Shown here: in pieces, positions 55,884-64,000 of the stretch
Layout: each line of letters begins with the position of its first letter
Numbering within the stretch: position 1 is the stretch's first letter
Assembly (NCBI GenBank): GCA_964016885.1
Contig: OZ024740.1
Coordinates: 125,550,001 to 125,614,000 of the forward strand
Reading direction: 5' to 3'
Length of the DNA: 64,000 nucleotides
Origin: Eledone cirrhosa
Taxonomy: Eukaryota
Program-made: the position numbers and the translations under genes
The notes under the pieces: generated by a model
What the model was told of the DNA's origin: nothing
Databases searched by the model: none
What the model saw: only the letters and a program-made list of their open reading frames with translations

Positions 55884-58044
55884 TTAATTAGGTTTATAAT
55901 ATTTAAATGTTTTTTTTAGTTTATGATTACACGATATAATTAATTCCTGTCGTTTATTTAATAAGATATCCTTAGACTTCATTATTTCAAATAGTTCTTG
56001 GGAACATAATCTACATTCATTTCTATTATTTTGATAAGGGGTGGCTCTTTTGAGCACACTCCAGGTCAAATCATATTTTATATTCTTATTTTTATAACTA
56101 TTGATTTTTTCAGCTAGAGATGTTGTATTAGCCAGTGCAGCATTTTTAAAACTATGCTTGTGGGTATTAAACCTTGTCTTAAAATTGTTAGAGGTAGCTC
56201 CTATATATGAGCAAATAGAATCTTTAGTTTTAACATTACATTTATAGACTGATGTTAACAAGACAATTCCCTTTTAATGGGCAGTTTGCTTTGTTTCTAC
56301 AGTTACATCCTTTCGTTAATTCTGTATTTGAGGAGATATTATGGTTAATTTGATGTACTGGTGGTATAGTTATGGTTTTCTTACATTTATATGCATTATA
56401 TGCACTTATATTTTGTTTTATGTTATTTGTTGTAGAGTATGAGAATTTAACTGTAGACCTATTTAAGATTTGATGGTATTTGTGGTTTGGCGGGAAGTTT
56501 TTCTCAAGGATATAAAAAAATTTTTTAGCAATATTATCCTTAACTTGTAAATTAAAAGGAGCATTATACCAAGTAACCCGTCTATTACGGTTTCTATGTT
56601 GTTTATTATTTTTATTATTTTTATAGGTTGTATCGTGATTTTTACTAGGAGGATTAATGTTAATGATCTCACCACAACTATTTTTAGTTATATTTGTAGA
56701 TTTAGGTGTTTTATCCTTTTTATTAGGAGTTTTATTATTAATATTTATTAGAGTTGTATGATGAGTAGTTTTTTGAGAGTTACTATACTTTATATTAGAA
56801 GATTTGGTATTTTGGGGTATAGTGTGGGTGGCATTTAGGTGTGTACTTTTCATTTGGTGTTTGTTGGTAATATTATGTTGTATGCTTTCAGTATTTTTAG
56901 TAGAAGGTATATACTCTAATCTATTTTTGTGGCCACTTCTATCTAGAGCTTCGTTATAGAAGGTCGCATTTTTATCAAATACATCTTGGTTAGAAGAAAG
57001 GTTAGAAATTCTAAGTGATATATTATATGCAAGGTTTTTAAGGATAGATTTAGGGTGATTAGATTGTGAGTGTATGTAATGTAAGTTTTGGTTAGGTTTA
57101 TGGTAAGGTTGGTAGATACCCGTAGCTAAATCTAAAGTTATATCTAGGAAGTTTACTACTTTACTTGTTTTTTCAAAAGTAATATTAAGATTATAATAGT
57201 CTTTAAGGAAAGTTCTAATATGTTTTTTGTTTTTTTCAATTTCTGAAAGGCTAAGGTTGTTAGAAAGAAGAAGACAGTCATCACGATATAAACCACCTTT
57301 GAGGTGGGGAAAAGAGGCATTTATGTTGAAAAGGAGAAAGAGGCCCACAAGATCAGTAATTTGGGCGGAATCGCTTGAACCCATAGTAATATCAAAAAGA
57401 TTACTGTATGTGTTTCTGGTCCAGTATTCATTCTGAAATTCAATAAGTGTTAGTCTAGCATGTGTAATAATGTTAATGTCATCCAAAGTTAAATTAGATC
57501 TATTTTTAGCAAATATCAATGCTTTGTTCAGGAGTATAGGTGATATAGAAGAATAGTAATTATCTATATCAAATTGTAGGAAAGAAGCAGAAGATTTACA
57601 CCTAATATTTTTAAACCAGTTAATTACCTGGGAGGTGTTTTCCCAGAGTGGTAAAATAACGTGTTTTTTTATTTGTGGGATGACTCTATCTAAAATTTTT
57701 TTGCTAATTATTCCAATATCTGATTTGGAAGGACATATAAGTCTAATAGAAGGATTTGAGTTAAAGTTAGATTTGTGATCTTTCAGGTTGAAGTGTGGTC
57801 TTTTCAATGCCAAAGGTTCAGTTCTATCTTCAATGTTTAGTTTTTTTACTATGTTGTGTGTTTTGTTGTTGATGTTGGTGAGTGACACATTATTAGATTT
57901 TTTATAATTTTTTCTGAGTTCTTTATATATGAACTCGTTATAATGTTCAATGTCCATATGATACAAGTTACCAGTTTTGTCCGAGTGGACATGGATTTTT
58001 TTAGACTTTTTTAGGTCCAATAGGGTAGAATCAAGGTCCTTGAT
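55884..58044 (-). pseudogene. PLE RT + GIY-YIG endonuclease (Naiad-like), 5'-truncated, one frameshift near 56250
   Basis: Motifs SDKTGNLY, LKDHK, FDIDNYYSSI, FDITMGS, GLYRDD, FLDITLDL, CNCRNKANCPLKGNC, VYKC...YIG...FKTR and CRLC...LNKRQE...CNH. Confidence 0.92.
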
Positions 58045-58297
58045 AAAATATATTTATATACTTAACTTCATAAGTGTCAATAACTCACAGAGACATTAAC
58101 CTTGAAATTTTGTATTTGCATCCATCTTTTTAGTATGCGTATACAATTTATACATACATTTTTGTAAAATATGTGTAAGGGTTTTACATGTATATACACA
58201 CACCGAACTGCATTTAACCCTTTGTGTTTTCATTGGTCAATTTTTGTTCCCAAACGGACCTGAAATTTTGAATTGTTGTTATTATCAATAAATATAC

Positions 58298-58452
58298 TTC
58301 ATTATTTCTGAAGACGGCGTATATATGTGTTTGGTATGTATATTTAATCTTGATAATTTGTATAATTTTGTATAATTTTGTACATAGATCTGTTGAATAT
58401 GCATACCAATTCTAACACATATATATCCTAGAAACGATCGTTAAATAATGAA
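58298..58452 (+). ncRNA. type I hammerhead-like motif with 116-nt stem II
   Basis: TTCATTATTT-CTGAAGA-[116-nt hairpin]-GAA-AC GATC GT-T-AAATAATGAA. Perfect 10-bp stem I, palindromic stem III. Confidence 0.7.
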
Positions 58453-58640
58453 CTTTTTTTGTTTAATATAAGGAATTGTTTATTCATTATTTGTTTAATA
58501 TTTTATCTTGACTCTGTATACCGTTTATCTTTCACCGAAAGTGGTTTTTCATTACATCTCTTCTTTCCATGATATCCGGAATACATTGAGTTCTCCATAC
58601 GGATTGGACACTACCGTAAACTCTTGGTAGATTTATCTAC

Positions 58641-59592
<952 letters not shown>

Positions 59593-60779
59593 CATCATCA
59601 TCATCATGTTTAGCGTCCGTGTTCCACGCTTGCATGGGTTTGGACGGGGGTTTTCCCACTTGAGGCAAGAGTGGTTGTCTTGCTCGCATAGGACTGTCTG
59701 GCGGGTTTTCTACAGTTGGATGCCCTTCCTAACACCAACCACATTTACAGTGTGGGGCTGGGAGGTTTTTACCGTGTTGCCTACACGGCCACATTACAGC
59801 GTGGACTGTCTGGCGGGTTATCTACAGCTGGATGCCCTTCCTAACACCAACCACATTTACAGTGTGGGGCTGGGAGGTTTTTACCGTGTTGCCTACACGG
59901 CCACATTTACAGCGTGGACTGTGTGTTTTTTGTCGTGACACCTACACAATCTCATTTGTTTCGGCCTGGATGTTGTGGGACCAAAATAACTTTACATTGA
60001 AAGGGGCGGTGTGGGTGGGGTGGAGGTGGTGGGACGGGGGTGTGTTTTGATAGAGATGCCTCCTGACTGTAGTAGGTTTTTACTTTGTATTTAGGTAAGG
60101 CGGGTCTTCTCTATTACTGAGTACCGCCAAAGGTCTCGGTCCAGTGACATTGTCTTGGAGAGGTGTAAGCGTGTGAGGTCGGAATTTATCAGCTCGTCCC
60201 ATGTTTTTATGGGTCTGCCTACTCCGTGGCTACCGTCTATCTTTATTGCCCTGCACTTTGTTATACAGCTGTCGTCTTTCATGCGCATCACGTGACCATA
60301 CCAACGTAGCCTTCTCTCGAGTAAACAACATCTGATCCCTCTTATTTCTAATTTTCTCCTTAGTTCGTTTATGCTTTGCCGTTCACGTATATTACTATTG
60401 CACATCCAGCGGAGCATGCAAGCTTCGTTCCTCTCTCGTCTGCGTATATCCTCTGCACACAATGCCCAGGTCTCACTGCCATGCAGCATTGCTGTTCGTA
60501 TGCAGGCATCGTATAACCTGCCTTTCATTTTTAGGGAGAACCCTCTAGCGGCTAATAGTGGTATAATCTCTCTGAACTTTTTCCATCCAGTTCTGACTGT
60601 AGCTACTGTACTTTCAGAGCACCCTCCCCCACTGCTGATTTTGTCACCCAGATAACGGAAGCTGTCCACTATTTCTATAGAACCCTCTGCGCAGTTGAAG
60701 GAGCTAGTATTTCGTGTGCACTTGCTGCTACTTATTGCACCAGAGCACCGGCCACATGTAAAATCTATGTTCTTAGTTA
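59593..60779 (-). mobile_element. RTE-clade LINE, 5'-truncated, (GAT)n tail; copy 1
   Basis: VDSFRYLG...[20 protein letters not shown]...[10 protein letters not shown]...GRP.KTW, stop at 60091. 112-bp duplication in the 3' UTR (59691/59803). Confidence 0.9.
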
Positions 60780-60834
60780 TATATACATATATACATATAT
60801 ATACATATATATATATATACATACATATATATAC

Positions 60835-60867
<33 letters not shown>

Positions 60868-60920
60868 CATACATATATATACATATATATATATATACAT
60901 ATATATATACATATATATAT

Positions 60921-62169
60921 CATCATCATCATCATCATCACGTCCGTTTTACGTCCGTTCTTCCACGCTAGCATGGGTTAGACGGGTTGTCCTGTTGTGG
61001 GCAGTGTCTGGTCGGCTGACCATGCCTTGCTCATACAGGAACTGATCTGGCTTGATTTCTACAGCTGGATGCCCTTCCTAACACCAACCTCATTTACAGT
61101 GAGTGCTGGGTGCTTTTTCGTGGCGCCTACACGTCCACTTTACAGTGTGGGCTGGGTGCTTTTTTGCCGTGGCACCTCCACGACCACCTTGCGGTGGGGG
61201 GGGGGGGGGCATATGGTTTATATGCTTCAGCATGTACCCATGGGAGGTCGGGTACCCTGTATTACTGCGTGACGCCAGAAGTCACGGTCGTGTGTCATTG
61301 ACTTTGAGAGGTGTAGTTGGGTAAGGTCGGCTTTTATCACCTCATCCCAAGTCATCTTGGGTCTCCCCACTCCGCGGTTTCCATCAACTTCTAGTGCTCT
61401 GCACCTTTTTATGCAGCTGTCATCCTTCATACGCATCACATGTCCATACCAGCGTAACCGCCTCTCCTGCACGCAGCATTTGATTCCTCTTATGCTCAGT
61501 CTCTCTCTCAATTCATTTATGCTTTGTCGTTCACGTATATTACTGTTACACATCCATCGGAGCATGCAGGCTTCGTTTCTCTCTAATCTACGTAAGTCTT
61601 CCACCTTCAGCGCCCAGGTCTCACTACCATGCAACATCGCTGTTCGGATACACGCATCATACAGTCTGCCTTTCATTCTGAGGGAGAAGCCTTTTGCAGC
61701 TAGCAGTGGTAGTAGTTCCCTAAACTTCTTCCATCCCGTTCTTACCCTAGTTATTGTACTTTCTGAGCACCCACCTCCGTTGCTAATTCGGTCACCTAGG
61801 TAGCAGAAGCTGTCTACTGTTTCTACAGGGCCCTCCCAGAGATTGGTGGTACTTGTTTCCTGTGGCTGTTTGCTTGCTGTTTCAGCACAGCTGCTGCATG
61901 TGAATCCTACATTCTTAATTAAGCTTCCTGAGATCCCGCTACATCTCTTGTGTACCCATTGTTTGCATTTGGGGCAAAGAATGGAGTTCCTACCTACACC
62001 TTTCCTACATACTGAGCAAGGCCATTTCCCTGAGGGGATCTGGGTTCTGTTTTCTCGTCTACTTATAAGGACCTTAGTCTTTGTCATGTTGACTTTGAGG
62101 CCCTTTCTCTCTAGTCCCTGCTTCCAGGTTTGGAATTTATTCTCTAGTTCTACCATAGATTCAGCTATG
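60921..62169 (-). mobile_element. RTE-clade LINE, 5'-truncated, (GAT)n tail; copy 2 with PHD-like finger
   Basis: [12 protein letters not shown]4HC3 motif, VDSFCYLG...GSETW...RWYGHV. Open to the stop at 61227. Confidence 0.9.
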
Positions 62170-62910
<741 letters not shown>

Positions 62911-63245
62911 ATGGCTTAGTGGTTAGAGCATTGGCCTTGCAATCAAAAGGTTGTGAGTTCAATTCTCAGACCGGGTGATGTGTTGTTTCCTTGAGCAAGA
63001 CACTTTATTTCACATTGCTCCAGTTTACTCAGCTGTAGAAATGAGATGATAGGGACTGCGGTCCCTATCATTCCACTGTAAAGTGGTCGTGGAGGTGCCA
63101 CGCTGAAAAAGCACCCAGCACTCACTGTAAATGAGGTTGGTGTTAGGAAGGGCATCCAGCTGTAGAAATCAAGCCAGAATCAGTTCCTGTCCCACCCTTG
63201 CAAGCAGGGAAAAAGCGGACGTAAAATGAAATGAAATGAAATGAA
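62911..63245 (+). mobile_element. tRNA-derived SINE (family B) with RTE-derived tail
   Basis: A box TGGCTTAGTGG, B box GAGTTCAATTC, conserved-domain-like CCTTGAGCAAGACACTT, 11-bp hairpin at 63046-63071, tail shared with the RTE at 61035-61119, and an (AATGA)n end. Confidence 0.85.
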
Positions 63246-63262
63246 TATACATATATATATAC

Positions 63263-63297
<35 letters not shown>

Positions 63298-63298
63298 C

Positions 63299-63343
<45 letters not shown>

Positions 63344-63344
63344 C

Positions 63345-63409
<65 letters not shown>

Positions 63410-63510
63410 CATACATATATATATATATATATACATACATATATATATATATATATTCATACATATATATATATATATATTCATATATATATACATATAT
63501 ATATATACAA

Positions 63511-63559
<49 letters not shown>

Positions 63560-63577
63560 TATATATATATGTTCACT

Positions 63578-63633
<56 letters not shown>

Positions 63634-63634
<1 letters not shown>

Positions 63635-63825
63635 CATCAACATCATCATTTAACGTCCATCTTCCATACTAGCATGGGTTGGAACGGTTTTGTCGCACTT
63701 GAGGTGAGATTGGTCGGGAGACCGTGTTTTGTCCATATAGAACTGCCTCTGGCAGGTTTTCTACGGCTGGATGCCCTTCCTAACACCAACCATATTTACA
63801 GTGTGGACTGGGGGCCTTTTTTACC
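63634..63825 (-). mobile_element. RTE-type 3' tail fragment
   Basis: (CAT)n TTTAACGTCC...GCATGGG...GGATGCCCTTCCTAACACCAACC. Confidence 0.75.
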
Positions 63826-63829
63826 GAAG

Positions 63830-64000
63830 AAGAGTCCTTAAACATTCCTTCCATCAGGTCCTATAAAAAACCAACCAGCTCCAATTGATCTAGCTGCATC
63901 CCCATGTAAGGCCAGCCGAATTCATAGATGATATCCAACTATCTTGTTGGATCTCTTCCCAGTTGGTTTTGTCCATAAAATCTGCCCAGCAATTCTTTCT
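63830..64000 (-). mobile_element. Rex3-like RTE 3' fragment (same family as 6710-7205), runs off the window
   Basis: TCCAACTATCTTGTT and AGTTGGTTTTG...AAAATCTG are shared with 6860-6930. Confidence 0.55.

Larger units (their letters stand above)
51373..58640 (-). mobile_element. Penelope-like element 2 with inverted 462-bp terminal repeats
   Basis: 51373-51834 is the reverse complement of 58045-58506 (identical as far as can be read by eye). The ORF is truncated exactly at the inverted copy. Flanked by (TA)n. Confidence 0.9.

Noticed and set aside
62911-62975. tRNA gene
   Set aside because: A and B boxes are present but there is no complete cloverleaf, and it continues into a SINE body and tail.

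Overview
AT-rich eukaryotic non-coding DNA. The SINE/LINE families and TA/TAC microsatellite load suggest a cephalopod (Octopus-like) genome, which is an inference. No intact host gene is supportable, and most listed ORFs are microsatellite artefacts. The window is a transposon graveyard containing: two Penelope-like elements (PLEs; RT with YRDD plus C-terminal GIY-YIG, Naiad-like), a Tx1/L1-clade LINE, several RTE and CR1 LINE 3' fragments, tRNA-derived SINEs, Tigger and hAT fossils, a 510-bp tandem array, a 1.2-kb inverted-repeat element and multi-kb TA/TAC arrays right of a 200-N gap. The most notable signal, found by reading the sequence, is a set of about six distinct type I hammerhead-ribozyme-like motifs in PLE-type terminal repeats. 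They include two with very long stem II hairpins (116 and 62 nt) and one with a CAGAAGA core variant. All folds were assigned by eye and are untested.
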